DNA of 64,000 nt from Ignavibacteriota bacterium. GTDB taxonomy: Bacteria; Bacteroidota; Ignavibacteria; Palsa-1295. The position numbers were made by a program, and so were the translations under genes. This document shows, piece after piece, positions 1 through 9,935 of the stretch (the first letter of the stretch is position 1; each line of letters begins with the position of its first letter). The stretch spans positions 224,001 to 288,000 of the forward strand of contig CAWBEI010000004.1 in NCBI GenBank assembly GCA_963787835.1. Reading direction: 5' to 3'. The notes under the pieces are model-generated. The model was not told where the DNA came from. It made no database searches and worked only from the letters and a program-made list of their open reading frames with translations.

Positions 1-1074
1 GTTACGAAGAAAAATAATTATGCGTTTCTTCAGGCTGAAGATGAGCTTGCTGCTATCGGCATGGTCATCGGCGCATCGTGGGCGGGTGCAAGAGCATTTA
101 CTTCCACTGCTGGCCCCGGCATTTCGCTGATGAACGAGCTGATCGGACTTGCATACTACGCGGAAATTCCCTCCGTGATCGTTGACGTGCAGCGCACTGG
201 CCCCTCGACAGGAATGCCGACACGCACCCAGCAATCGGATATTATGGAATGTGCGTATGCTTCCCATGGCGATACAAAGCATATTTTACTTTTCGCCGCG
301 AATCCAAACGAGTGTTTTGATTTTACGGTAAAGGCATTCGACCTTGCGGAGCAATTCCAAACGCCCGTCTTCATGATGAGCGATCTCGATATTGGTATGA
401 ACGATTGGGTGGTAGATCGCTTGAAATGGGACGATAATTACAAGCCGAATCGCGGGAAAGTGCTTACGAGTGAAGAACTTGATAAGCTGAAAACGTACTA
501 TCGCTATTCTCCAGAGGATGAGGATTTCGTTGCTGCGCGAACGCTTCCGGGCATCAATGCAAAGGGATCGTTCTTCACTCGAGGCTCCGGTCACAACCGG
601 CTCGGCGGATACACAGAAACGCCAGCAGAATATCAGGAAGTGATGGATCGCCTGCTTAAGAAACACAGTGCCGCCGCGAAATATGTGCCGGAAGCTATCA
701 TTGAGCATCACAATGGTGCAACATTCGGAATTATTACGGTTGGCGGCTGTGACCCGGCGTGCAGAGAAGCCATTGATATATTAGAATCCGAAGGCGTGCA
801 TGCTAATTATATGCGGGTACGCGGATTCCCATTTGGTAAAGAGGTTGAGCAGTTCATTGCCGAGCAGGAGTTCTGCTATGTGGTCGAGCAGAACCGCGAT
901 GGGCAGCTCCGCTCGCTTCTCATTCTTGAAACTCGCGTGCCGAAAGAGAAACTGCGCTCGATCCTGGTATATGGTGGGTTCCCGCTTTCTGCAAAATCTG
1001 TTGTCGAAGGGATTCAGCATAAGAAATCGAAGAAGAAAGTAGCCGCGAAAGATATGGTTATGATGGAGGAATAG
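1..1074 (+). CDS. 2-oxoacid:ferredoxin oxidoreductase alpha subunit (5'-truncated by window edge)
   Basis: Frame open from base 1 (..QAEDELAAIGMVIGAS..); motifs TSTAGPGISLM, DVQRTGPSTGMPTRTQQSD and VVEQN; followed by the beta subunit. Confidence 0.95.
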   Translation, partial: VTKKNNYAFLQAEDELAAIGMVIGASWAGARAFTSTAGPGISLMNELIGLAYYAEIPSVIVDVQRTGPSTGMPTRTQQSDIMECAYASHGDTKHILLFAANPNECFDFTVKAFDLAEQFQTPVFMMSDLDIGMNDWVVDRLKWDDNYKPNRGKVLTSEELDKLKTYYRYSPEDEDFVAARTLPGINAKGSFFTRGSGHNRLGGYTETPAEYQEVMDRLLKKHSAAAKYVPEAIIEHHNGATFGIITVGGCDPACREAIDILESEGVHANYMRVRGFPFGKEVEQFIAEQEFCYVVEQNRDGQLRSLLILETRVPKEKLRSILVYGGFPLSAKSVVEGIQHKKSKKKVAAKDMVMMEE

Positions 1075-1078
1075 TCCG

Positions 1079-1110
1079 AATTCATACTTCATAATTCATA
1101 CTTCATAATT
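1079..1110. repeat. heptamer tandem repeat (TTCATAC/TTCATAA x4)
   Basis: aattcatacttcataattcatacttcataatt between the alpha and beta genes. Confidence 0.85.
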
Positions 1111-1118
1111 TTCAGACT

Positions 1119-2174
1119 ATGCCATCTATTTCAAAACCTATTGTAACTCATCCCAGCCTTGAAAAGAATGCGCTGGGACTTAATCTCCGCGCCTACGAAG
1201 GTGCTATGTCCACGCTCTGCGCGGGCTGCGGACACGATTCCGTCACCGCCGCCATCGTTCGCGCGGCGTGGAAGCTATCCATAGAGCCATACAAAATGGC
1301 GAAGTTTTCCGGCATCGGATGTTCGTCCAAAACGCCGACGTATTTCGTTAGCGGTGCGCACGGTTTCAATTCCGCGCACGGACGTATGCCCGCCATCGCG
1401 ACAGGCGCAGGCGCAGCAAACCGTTCGCTTCTTTCTATCGGTATTTCCGGTGATGGCGATTCGCTTTCCATTGGCATCGGCCAGTTGGCTCACGCTATTC
1501 GCAGGAATCTTAATGTTGTCTATATCATCGAGAACAACGGTGTCTATGGACTTACAAAAGGACAATTCTCTGCTTCTGCGGATATTGGTTCCAAAAGCAA
1601 GAAGGGCGAGGCAAACCGCATTTCGCCGATCGATCCCGTGATGCTCGCACTCAGTTTGGGAGCGACGTTTGTTGCAAGAAGTTTCTCGGGAGATAAAGAG
1701 CAGCTTGTTCCGATCATTGAAGCGGCTGTCAAACATAACGGACTTGCGCTCATTGACGTTATTTCGCCATGCGTTACCTTTAACGATCACGAAGGCTCGA
1801 CCAAAAGCTATGCCTATACCCGCAAGCACGAATATCATGTCACCGATTCTGATGTTGTTTTTCCAATGGATGAGATCGTTGCAAATATCGGCGTCAATGG
1901 CGCCACGACGGTCATGATGCACGATGGCAGCCTCATAAAGTTCACCCGCACACCTGATGGCTACGACCCACGTGACCGTGCTAAAGTGTTTGCATATCTT
2001 CAGGAGCATCAACAGGAAGGAAAAGTACCGACCGGAATTCTATTTATCGACGAATCCGCGCCGGATATGCATGGTGTCATGGGTACGACCGATGTGCCAC
2101 TATCGCAAATCCCGTATGAGGTGCTCTGCCCTGGCAGCGCGGAATTGGAAAAGTTACAGGAGGAATTTAGATAG
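1119..2174 (+). CDS. 2-oxoacid:ferredoxin oxidoreductase beta subunit
   Basis: LCAGCGH, SGIGCSSK, TPP-binding GDGD...ENNGVYGLTKGQFS, ISPCVTFN. Confidence 0.95.
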   Translation: MPSISKPIVTHPSLEKNALGLNLRAYEGAMSTLCAGCGHDSVTAAIVRAAWKLSIEPYKMAKFSGIGCSSKTPTYFVSGAHGFNSAHGRMPAIATGAGAANRSLLSIGISGDGDSLSIGIGQLAHAIRRNLNVVYIIENNGVYGLTKGQFSASADIGSKSKKGEANRISPIDPVMLALSLGATFVARSFSGDKEQLVPIIEAAVKHNGLALIDVISPCVTFNDHEGSTKSYAYTRKHEYHVTDSDVVFPMDEIVANIGVNGATTVMMHDGSLIKFTRTPDGYDPRDRAKVFAYLQEHQQEGKVPTGILFIDESAPDMHGVMGTTDVPLSQIPYEVLCPGSAELEKLQEEFR

Positions 2175-2180
2175 AATGAT

Positions 2181-2426
2181 ATGAATGTTGTCACAATTCT
2201 TCTTGTAGTTTTAGGGGTCATGATCATAGTTTATATGATTCAAAGGTCTAATAAACTAAATCAAAAACCTTTCCATAATTCTGAGGATCTTCTATCGAGT
2301 TGGCCGAATAGGTCTCCAACGTATTACCGAGATCATCCCTGGGGCACGACGAAATTCGAACCAGGGGATTTAACTCGACTTGAGAAAGAGTTACGTAGTG
2401 CTTCTCGAGAAGAAGAAAAAGAATAG
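2181..2426 (+). CDS. small hypothetical membrane protein
   Basis: 81 aa ORF with an N-terminal hydrophobic helix; fills the gap after the beta subunit. Confidence 0.55.
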   Translation: MNVVTILLVVLGVMIIVYMIQRSNKLNQKPFHNSEDLLSSWPNRSPTYYRDHPWGTTKFEPGDLTRLEKELRSASREEEKE

Positions 2427-2472
2427 ATTGAATCTTCGCTCAAGGAAGCAGATTTTTTCGTATTTTTGCTCC

Positions 2473-3051
2473 ATGAGGGTTTTTGTTCTCATTATATTAA
2501 TTTTGATTCCATACATATCCCATGCCCAGCAGGGGCAAACATGGGTTGCCGGAATCGGATTGGGCCAGGCTTTTGGGGTAAATGAAGACCGGACTCGCCC
2601 GCTCGTGCTGGTGGGACGTGCGGAGTGCGTGGCATTCAATAGTATTGTGCCGGGAGTAAGTCCGGAATTTGGTATTAGTCTGTTTACCTTGCACAGCACA
2701 AATTCTGGCGCCCCGACCGATTACCGCACCCAGATGATTACACCGGATCTACGATTTCGGTTTAGTCCGCTTACATCGCTCACCTGGTTCCCTTATTTGT
2801 ACGGAGGAGCAGGGATGGCAATTTACAAAGTTCTGCAAGTTCCGCCGGCCGCATCGCCGGAAGCTTACCTATCCAGCGCAGTACCATTCCTCACCGCTGG
2901 AATTGGAATCTCACATCAGATTTCAGAAAATATCGGGCTTGATGTTAATCTCGGTCCAGCCGTTGCGCTTTCGGACGACATCAATCCTGTGCATGATGGT
3001 GAGGACGATGGATGGTGGAATGGTGTGCTTAGTATCTATTGGATCTTCTAA
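2473..3051 (+). CDS. outer membrane beta-barrel protein (OmpA/OmpW-like 8-stranded)
   Basis: Signal peptide MRVFVLIILILIPYISHA; PYLYGGAG and GIGISH strands; C-terminal aromatic YWIF; start reassigned to ATG 2473. Confidence 0.75.
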   Translation: MRVFVLIILILIPYISHAQQGQTWVAGIGLGQAFGVNEDRTRPLVLVGRAECVAFNSIVPGVSPEFGISLFTLHSTNSGAPTDYRTQMITPDLRFRFSPLTSLTWFPYLYGGAGMAIYKVLQVPPAASPEAYLSSAVPFLTAGIGISHQISENIGLDVNLGPAVALSDDINPVHDGEDDGWWNGVLSIYWIF

Positions 3052-3090
3052 GATAAAACTATAAGCTCATCGTTTGCCGTTAAGATAATC

Positions 3091-4236
3091 ATGTGGACGA
3101 ACGTCATCGGTGACACGCGAGTAAAGCATATCTTAAAGAATGCACTGGAGCACGAAAAGCTTCCGGGCGCGTATCTTTTTTCTGGGCCGGAAGGCACAGG
3201 CAAGGATGCGGCAGCTATCGAGCTTGCGAAAGCTGTGAATTGTCTGAATCCGGCGATGGGCGGTATTGAGGCGTGTGATGCATGTGAAAGCTGCGTTTCT
3301 ATTTCAAGCTTCACATCACCGGCGGTATTATTCATTCATGCGCTGCCAAAAAAATCTGATGACGATGGCGCAGATCTGAAAGAAGAAGATGTCGCTATCG
3401 TGCGTGAGCAACGAATGGCAAAAGCAGCCGATCCTTATTATAATTTCGAGATACCTCGCGCAATGGCCATTCATATCGGTCAGATCCGGGAACTTCGGCT
3501 ATTATTGGCGCGGAGTATGTCCGGCGCAAAAAAGCGCGTAGTCATTATCAGCGAAGCGCAAATGATGAACGATAAATCTCAGAACGCTTTTCTGAAAACG
3601 CTCGAAGAACCTCATGCCAATACCGTTATTATTCTCACCAGTTCGAATGCCAATGGTTTGCTCCCAACGGTACACTCGCGATGTCAGGAAGTTCGCTTCG
3701 ATGTTCTGAGTGTAGATGAGATTAAACAAGCACTTGCGGAGCGTGAGTCACTTTCTGAAGAAGAAGCATCGTTTCTCGCCCGTCTTGCAGCGGGAAGTTA
3801 TTCGCGCGCTCGCGCAATGATCGGTGAGGATGTGAAAGAGATGCGCAAAGAAATTGTCACTTTTTTACGCATGGGTCTTTCGAAAAGTCGTCGCAATGCT
3901 GTTGTGGAGATCAACAAACTTCTGCCTCGCTCCGGAGGAAATTTTTTGGAAAAGCGGCAATCCGTCGAACAGTGCCTTGCGCTGCTCATGCTCTGGCTCC
4001 GCGATGCTCTGTCACTCTCTGTGGCAAAGGGCTCTTCGGGAATTGATGATCGCGAGATCATCAATCTTGATCAAATAGAGGACTTGATGAAATTTGTTGC
4101 ACGGTTTGGAGATCCTCGGCGTATCATTGCGGCAATTGAGGCGATCGATCGCGCTATGCACCGCACGAAACTTCAATTACAGCTTCGCCCTATTATGCTG
4201 CAATTAGTAGTGGATCTTGAAGCAGCATTGGTTTGA
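3091..4236 (+). CDS. holB: DNA polymerase III subunit delta'
   Basis: AYLFSGPEGTGK, Zn motif C..CDACESC, NAFLKTLEEP, LLPTVHSRC. Confidence 0.93.
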   Translation: MWTNVIGDTRVKHILKNALEHEKLPGAYLFSGPEGTGKDAAAIELAKAVNCLNPAMGGIEACDACESCVSISSFTSPAVLFIHALPKKSDDDGADLKEEDVAIVREQRMAKAADPYYNFEIPRAMAIHIGQIRELRLLLARSMSGAKKRVVIISEAQMMNDKSQNAFLKTLEEPHANTVIILTSSNANGLLPTVHSRCQEVRFDVLSVDEIKQALAERESLSEEEASFLARLAAGSYSRARAMIGEDVKEMRKEIVTFLRMGLSKSRRNAVVEINKLLPRSGGNFLEKRQSVEQCLALLMLWLRDALSLSVAKGSSGIDDREIINLDQIEDLMKFVARFGDPRRIIAAIEAIDRAMHRTKLQLQLRPIMLQLVVDLEAALV

Positions 4237-4279
4237 GAAATTCGGGATCAATATAGCTTTCTTCGTGAATATTAATTGA

Positions 4280-4420
4280 ATGACCTTCGATCATTTCCTT
4301 CAAGATCATTGGGCATTTTTCTTGTTAATAGGGGGTTCTTTTCTACTTAGAATACGATTCTGTGATGTAGTCGTAATGTTATTGCGATTTCTTGGTTTCG
4401 AAATTGGCGTGGAGCAATGA
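4280..4420 (+). CDS. putative small hydrophobic protein (46 aa)
   Basis: Hand-translated MTFDHFLQDHWAFFLLIGGSFLLRIRFCDVVVMLLRFLGFEIGVEQ*; below the ORF-track cutoff. Confidence 0.3.
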   Translation: MTFDHFLQDHWAFFLLIGGSFLLRIRFCDVVVMLLRFLGFEIGVEQ

Positions 4421-4550
4421 TTTGCGAGCATTGCGGGTACGCTGTTTTTCCTTAAGCCTTTCTTGGTTCGGTTTTCGGATATGAAGTTTTTGTATCGTTC
4501 GGTTGCGCTAAGCCGTGGTGGCTTGGAATTATTAATTGGGTGCACATCCT

Positions 4551-5143
4551 ATGTATGATGTAATCGATTCACCGTGGTCGCTACGAAGCGATGCACCGGG
4601 TATGTGGGAACGGTTAAACGGTAACCGTTCCGGTTTCCCATCTCATGGATTTCTTTCTTCAGACCCCCAGGTGGGCTTTGACGAAAAGATTCCTGACATT
4701 TCCCTTGAGGAGGTCGAGGAACTCAAGCGTGCCTACGCTTCCCTCATCATTCAATTGGATCGCCTGCGTCCGAAGCTTGCCGCTGCTGATGCCCTTGCGC
4801 TTCGAGGAGAAAGTGGATGCTCCGTGAAAGAGATCCTCGGTAAGCTCATCGATACAGACCGCGAAATATGGTGGCCGCCTATTACGGCTATTTTGGAACG
4901 AAAAAAATGGCATTTATGCCGATGGAGGACGTCTTCGCGCAGGTGATGCGGACCCGTTGGGAGTTCGCAATGAAGTTGCAAGAAATTGCAGCGTCTGATT
5001 TCGAGAAGACCGGTGAACACCCCACGCTGGGTGAAGTATCTATTCTGCGGATCTTACAGATCCTTGTTGCCAACGATGCTCGCTATATCGAGAATATCAA
5101 TTCGATGATCGAGGGCCGGGCGGAAATGGCTTACGCTTCCTAA
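4551..5143 (+). pseudogene. DinB/YfiT-like protein, apparent frameshift near 4901-4911
   Basis: ORF 4536-4946 (SVKEILGKLIDTD) and ORF 4868-5143 (KTGEHPTLGEVSI..LVANDARY) form the two halves of a DinB fold. Confidence 0.65.
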
Positions 5144-5182
5144 TAGAAGGAAGCCATACAGGGATAATCCACATCTTCCGGG

Positions 5183-6143
5183 TTAATCGAGTACGCGCTC
5201 CATTACCGTGATCCTTGTCTGTTTTTTTAACGACTCGATCATAATTTTTGCCCCAAAAGGTAGGGTCCACATTCGGCTCTCATGACCAAAAGGAAGGTTC
5301 GATAAAACCGGAATTCGTAGTTTCGAGAAGTAATCAGAAAAGACCTCGCTCAAGGTTGCAGTTGGCGCATCCGCATCCGTGTTACAATTAGTGAATCGGC
5401 CGAGCAAAATAGCCTTTGCATTATCAAAGGCTCCGGCAAGGCGGAGCTGAGCTGAAATGCGCATCGATCTTGCGGGGCTTTTCGTCGATCTCCTCGAAAA
5501 AAGGAATGGTTCCCTTGAAAGATAGCTGATACGGGGTGCCACGTAAACTTGAAAAAACAGTAAGATTTCCGCCGATGATTCTACCATGCACATCAAACGA
5601 AGTATGTCTATTCAAGAACACACCTTCGTTCGTTACGAGTGGTAGTTCGTCCAATGGTTTTGTGCTTGTCATCGCTCGCCAGAAATTCTCTTCTGTAAAG
5701 GGGTCGATGTTGTTCCACAAATCCACACCTGGCATGGGGCCGAAAAAACAGGAGGCTAATCTGGCCTTCTTATAGATAGCTGCAAACAGCGCGGTGGCAT
5801 CGGAATAACCGACGATGATCTTGGGGTGCTTGCGTATGAGATCATAGTCGAGCTTGTCCAGCAGCCGAATAGATCCGTATCCCCCACGATGGTAAAATAT
5901 TGCTCGAATGTGTTTGGATCGAAACATCGCGTGGATGTCCGCAACGCGATCTTTATCGGACGCAGCAAGATAGGTCTGCTTATCGATTCCATCCCGCAAA
6001 TGCTTGCCAAGTTCAACACGATACCCGAGCGATTCGAAATATTTAACCGACAACGCGATACGTTCCTCCGAACGAGGCGGACTTGCGGGAGCGATTATAC
6101 CGATCACGTCCCCTGGGCGAAGCGCTTTTGCTTTGAGTTGCAC
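5183..6143 (-). pseudogene. ldcA: LD-carboxypeptidase (peptidase S66), apparent frameshift near 5450-5456
   Basis: RGGYGS, IIVGYSDAT, GGNLTV and FEEIDE in one frame; QLRLAG..LLGRF..LPFGH..TLPFG in the adjacent frame. Confidence 0.88.
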
Positions 6144-6184
6144 AATATAATAAACAGCAGGGTGTGAGAAAGCATGTCCAACAC

Positions 6185-6652
6185 TTAACGATTATCCAGA
6201 GGCAGATCTGGCCGTTGGGATGCTGCAACCGCCAGTTCATCGCAGCGTTCGTTCTCGATATTTCCGGCGTGGCCTTTGGTCCAACGAAACTCGATATTAT
6301 GTTCTTCGAGCTTCGGCAGCAATCGCTGCCAGAGGTCTATATTCATTACCGGCTTTTTGTCTGCTTTGCGCCAACCTTTCATCTGCCAGTTGATAAGCCA
6401 GCCTTTCGTGATGGCATTGATGACATACTCTGAGTCTGAGATAAGCGTGACGTCACATGGCTTGTTCAGTGCTTCAAGTCCTGAGATTACGCCTAGAAGT
6501 TCCATCCGGTTATTCGTGGTATTGCGAAAACCGCCGGATAGTTCACGCCGGCGTCCCGACGAATCGAGGAGCACAACGCCGAATCCACCCGGCCCGGGAT
6601 TGCCGGAGCAAGCGCCGTCGGTGTAGATCGTGACGTGGGGGCGGCGGGTCAC
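6185..6652 (-). CDS. rnhA: ribonuclease HI
   Basis: YTDGACSGNPGPGG, TTNNRMEL, SDSEYV, KGHAGNIENERCDELA; GTG start overlaps the upstream TGA. Confidence 0.96.
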   Translation of the reverse strand: MTRRPHVTIYTDGACSGNPGPGGFGVVLLDSSGRRRELSGGFRNTTNNRMELLGVISGLEALNKPCDVTLISDSEYVINAITKGWLINWQMKGWRKADKKPVMNIDLWQRLLPKLEEHNIEFRWTKGHAGNIENERCDELAVAASQRPDLPLDNR

Positions 6653-7608
6653 GCGGTAGCCGCCTTTAGCGTAATCTGCGTGATCTCCGGCGGGCAATTG
6701 ATTCGGATCGGTACACCGACCACGCCGATCCCTCTGGAAACATACATCTGCGTTTTGGATTTATTACCCTCCGGCCGGTAAAGGCCTTCGACATACTCCG
6801 AAGCGATCGAACTGAAGGTAAGCACGGTCTTTCCAATTCTTCCAAGCACGATCTGCCCACCATGGGTGTGGCCGGAAAGCATCAGGCCGGTATTCGTTTG
6901 AGCGAATTCAGGGAACATATAGGGTTTATGGCAAAGCAGAACAGTGGATGCATTCGAGGGAACCCCGCGCCATGCTGCTTCGATATGCGGCGCTGGTTTG
7001 CCTTCAACAAAACCTTTGACAGATTCGGCATCCGTATCATCAACTCCTATAAAATAAAGCGATTGCCCCTGGATCGTAATGACGGCATTCTCGTTACGGA
7101 GCAGCCTGATGCCAGTATCTTCTATACCTCGGCTCACCAGATCGATTCCGGCATAATAATCGTGGTTCCCTGTGCAGGCATACACGCCGAGAGGCGCCTT
7201 CAGATCGGACATAGCCTCTGCAAACGGGCCAACCTCATTGACATGAGAGGTTACAAAATCGCCGGGAATAACGATGATATCGCTTCTCAGATCATTGACT
7301 AATGTTGCGATGTGCTTCATTTCATCGACGTCCATGAAGGGCCCGGCATGAATATCGCTGAGGAAGGTGATCGTTTTTCCTTCGAAGGCAGGAGGAAGAT
7401 GCGGCAGGGCGAACGTTTGGTGTGTGATCTCGACATCATTCCGTTGCATGATGCCCTGAGTGCAGCTCGCAAGCGCTATACCGCTTACGCCAAGAATACT
7501 GGTATGCAGAAATGCCCTGCGTGTAAGACTGCCGGGAGCGCCGATCTCTTTTTTGAGAGGCGTTTGCTCTTGTGTTGGTGGCTGCCCTAAATCCGTCCGT
7601 GATGTCAT
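6649..7608 (-). CDS. metallophosphoesterase (YkuE-like), Tat/lipoprotein-type N-terminus
   Basis: SDIH, GDFV, GNHD, LLCHKP, LSGHTHGGQ, SRGIG..PPEI; TRRAFL..IALASC. Confidence 0.9.
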   Translation of the reverse strand: MTSRTDLGQPPTQEQTPLKKEIGAPGSLTRRAFLHTSILGVSGIALASCTQGIMQRNDVEITHQTFALPHLPPAFEGKTITFLSDIHAGPFMDVDEMKHIATLVNDLRSDIIVIPGDFVTSHVNEVGPFAEAMSDLKAPLGVYACTGNHDYYAGIDLVSRGIEDTGIRLLRNENAVITIQGQSLYFIGVDDTDAESVKGFVEGKPAPHIEAAWRGVPSNASTVLLCHKPYMFPEFAQTNTGLMLSGHTHGGQIVLGRIGKTVLTFSSIASEYVEGLYRPEGNKSKTQMYVSRGIGVVGVPIRINCPPEITQITLKAATA

Positions 7609-7614
7609 AAATTC

Positions 7615-8031
7615 CTACTCTGCTGCAACCTCTAAACCGATCTTTTCTTTTACCTCAGCAGTGTGTTTTGGAAGACTTCCAAATGAGCTTTTTAATTTTA
7701 CACCAAGTTTCCCCAAAAGACGCCATAGTGTGATCGGGAAAAGAATGATCACCCACATGAGCATAATAGTTTGCCAAACCAGGAAAGGGTACAGAAGAAC
7801 CCTTGTAAGCTCGGTCATTGCGGCATGAATGAACCCGCGAAAATAGAGGAATAAAAATGGGCTGTCCAATCCGATAAATGCCCATAGTGCAATTTTCGCC
7901 AGTTTTCTTCCAATTTTTGGGTAATCTCGAAGAAGCACTCGCCGCAAATTTGCGAAGACGTACCAATGCAACCCCGTCGAAACGAGGAGCACGATAAAAA
8001 AGGCAATATGTTGAGATGTCTTAGACGGCAA
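7615..8031 (-). CDS. membrane protein resembling the N-terminal TM region of fused metallophosphoesterases
   Basis: Three hydrophobic segments; in frame with the downstream phosphoesterase across a single TAG. Confidence 0.75.
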   Translation of the reverse strand: MPSKTSQHIAFFIVLLVSTGLHWYVFANLRRVLLRDYPKIGRKLAKIALWAFIGLDSPFLFLYFRGFIHAAMTELTRVLLYPFLVWQTIMLMWVIILFPITLWRLLGKLGVKLKSSFGSLPKHTAEVKEKIGLEVAAE

Positions 8032-8144
8032 TGGCGCGTAGGTCTCTAAACCACTAATCTCCTAACCCATTCAGGAACATCTCTGTTCACTTCTCAATCG
8101 AGGCGGGGATGGAAAGGCCGTTACCCTGTGTTCGAAGTCCTTCA

Positions 8145-8963
8145 ATGATAGATGAACAGCATCAGGAGCATTTGCCCCAGCCGATGGTACCCTTGGGGTT
8201 CGAGCCGCCGCGTCCTTTCTGGAAAAAGCGGTGGGTATTGGCTTTGCTGATCGTGTTGGGATCTTTCATCATTTTCATTCTTTTGCTCGATAATGTCATC
8301 ATGCCACTTTACGTAAAGCAGGGTGCGGTAGCGACCGTCCCCAACGTGGTTGGCGTGCAAAAAGATGGTGCGTTGCAAACACTGAAAACTGCTGGATATG
8401 AACCTATCCTATATGAAGTACGCTTTGATGAGAAAGCCCCCGAGGGAACGATCATTCGGCAAACTCCGGAAGGTGGCGAAGAGACGAAGCCGGGCCGAAA
8501 AGTATATCTAATTATTTCCGGCGGGAAAGAAATGGCGAGTGTACCCGATCTGCGTGGTAAATCCCTGCGTGATGCCAAGATGCTGATGATCAAATCGAAT
8601 ATGTCCATTGGCAAAGTGAATTACGCGTATTCGGACAGTGTGACGAATGGAACCGTGTTCGAGCAATCTCCCTGGCCAGGAACGAAAACATCGGCCAGCA
8701 CCGAGGTAAGCGTAACGGTATCGCAGGGGCCGCTGTTGGGCCGTGTGCCGGTGCCGAGTCTCGCAAATCTTTCACTTTCTGAAGCGATCGAGAAATTGAA
8801 GAGTGTGAAATTGGAACTTGGCAAGGTCAATTACCAGAATGGTATCCCTGCAAACCAAGTGCTCGATCAATATCCTCCTGCTGGCGATCTGGTCAACGAA
8901 GGCGCAACGATCGACGTTTTTGTTGCGCGTGGTGATGAGCCGCCACCTGTGATCACTCCGTAA
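8145..8963 (+). CDS. PASTA domain protein (TM anchor plus three PASTA repeats)
   Basis: VPNVVG, VPDLRG and VPSLAN repeats with QTP/QSP/QYP motifs; N-terminal TM helix. Confidence 0.9.
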   Translation: MIDEQHQEHLPQPMVPLGFEPPRPFWKKRWVLALLIVLGSFIIFILLLDNVIMPLYVKQGAVATVPNVVGVQKDGALQTLKTAGYEPILYEVRFDEKAPEGTIIRQTPEGGEETKPGRKVYLIISGGKEMASVPDLRGKSLRDAKMLMIKSNMSIGKVNYAYSDSVTNGTVFEQSPWPGTKTSASTEVSVTVSQGPLLGRVPVPSLANLSLSEAIEKLKSVKLELGKVNYQNGIPANQVLDQYPPAGDLVNEGATIDVFVARGDEPPPVITP

Positions 8964-9005
8964 TTTTTATCTATCCAGTTCGTTCCGGACGATCGCTCTA
9001 TCTGC

Positions 9006-9926
9006 ATGGACCGCTTTGATCTTGCTATCGGCTGGCTGTGGGAGTATGACGAAGAGTTTGTCCTTGCCTTAGAACGGGAAGCTCAGGATCATCGCAACCT
9101 TTCCACGTTTCAGATCCACGATAACAATATCGAAGAAGTTCTTGACCGTGTTCGAAAACGGACACTCCATTTTGGGATGTATTTAGATCGCGGGTTCGAC
9201 ATTGATGAGCGCTTCGAACATCTTGGGAAGCTTATTATGCGGCATGGCGGATCGGTCGTTAACTCCTATGATCATACGATCGAAGCCATAGATAAAGCCA
9301 GCATGCACTTACAGTTCATCACCGCAGGGCTTCACGTTCCATTCACGATCATTATTTCACCATACTCGCAACGGAAGGAGATCGGCCTTTCTATCGAGGA
9401 CTTAGCCCATCTTGGACGTCCCTTTATAATCAAACCTGCGAACACGACCGGAGGAGGTATCGGCGTGGTCATGGGCGCAGAGACGCTTTCCGATGTGCTC
9501 CATGCGCGCACCGAATTTGGAGAAGACAAATATCTTCTACAGGAGCATATCGAGCCGCGTGAGATCAACGGGCGCCGGTGCTGGTTCCGATGCTTTTACG
9601 TCTATGGAAAAGTGTTCCTTGTCTGGTGGGATGATCGGACGCACATCTATGATATTGTTACACCGGATGAAGAGCATTTTTATAAACTTCGCTCGCTCCG
9701 AACCATCATGCGGACGATCGCCAACGTCTCCGGCCTTAACTTTTTTTCAAGCGAGATCGCGCTTCGGCAGCCCTCGCCATACGAGCCTTCGCGATTTATC
9801 GTCATCGACTATGTAAATGATATGTGCGATATGCGCTCACTTACTCATGCTCCGGATGGACTTGTGCCTGAACTTCGCGAAGGCATCATCTCACGTATCG
9901 CACTCGAAGCAAAAAAGAGGGCGTAA
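9006..9926 (+). CDS. uncharacterised ATP-grasp fold protein
   Basis: DKASMH..GLHVP, PFIIKPANTTGGGIGV, YLLQEHI, VIDYVND. Confidence 0.7.
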   Translation: MDRFDLAIGWLWEYDEEFVLALEREAQDHRNLSTFQIHDNNIEEVLDRVRKRTLHFGMYLDRGFDIDERFEHLGKLIMRHGGSVVNSYDHTIEAIDKASMHLQFITAGLHVPFTIIISPYSQRKEIGLSIEDLAHLGRPFIIKPANTTGGGIGVVMGAETLSDVLHARTEFGEDKYLLQEHIEPREINGRRCWFRCFYVYGKVFLVWWDDRTHIYDIVTPDEEHFYKLRSLRTIMRTIANVSGLNFFSSEIALRQPSPYEPSRFIVIDYVNDMCDMRSLTHAPDGLVPELREGIISRIALEAKKRA

Positions 9927-9935
9927 GTTTGAGTG

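Noticed and set aside
4417-4455. 12-codon ORF MICEHCGYAVFP with CxxC
   Set aside because: Too short to distinguish from chance
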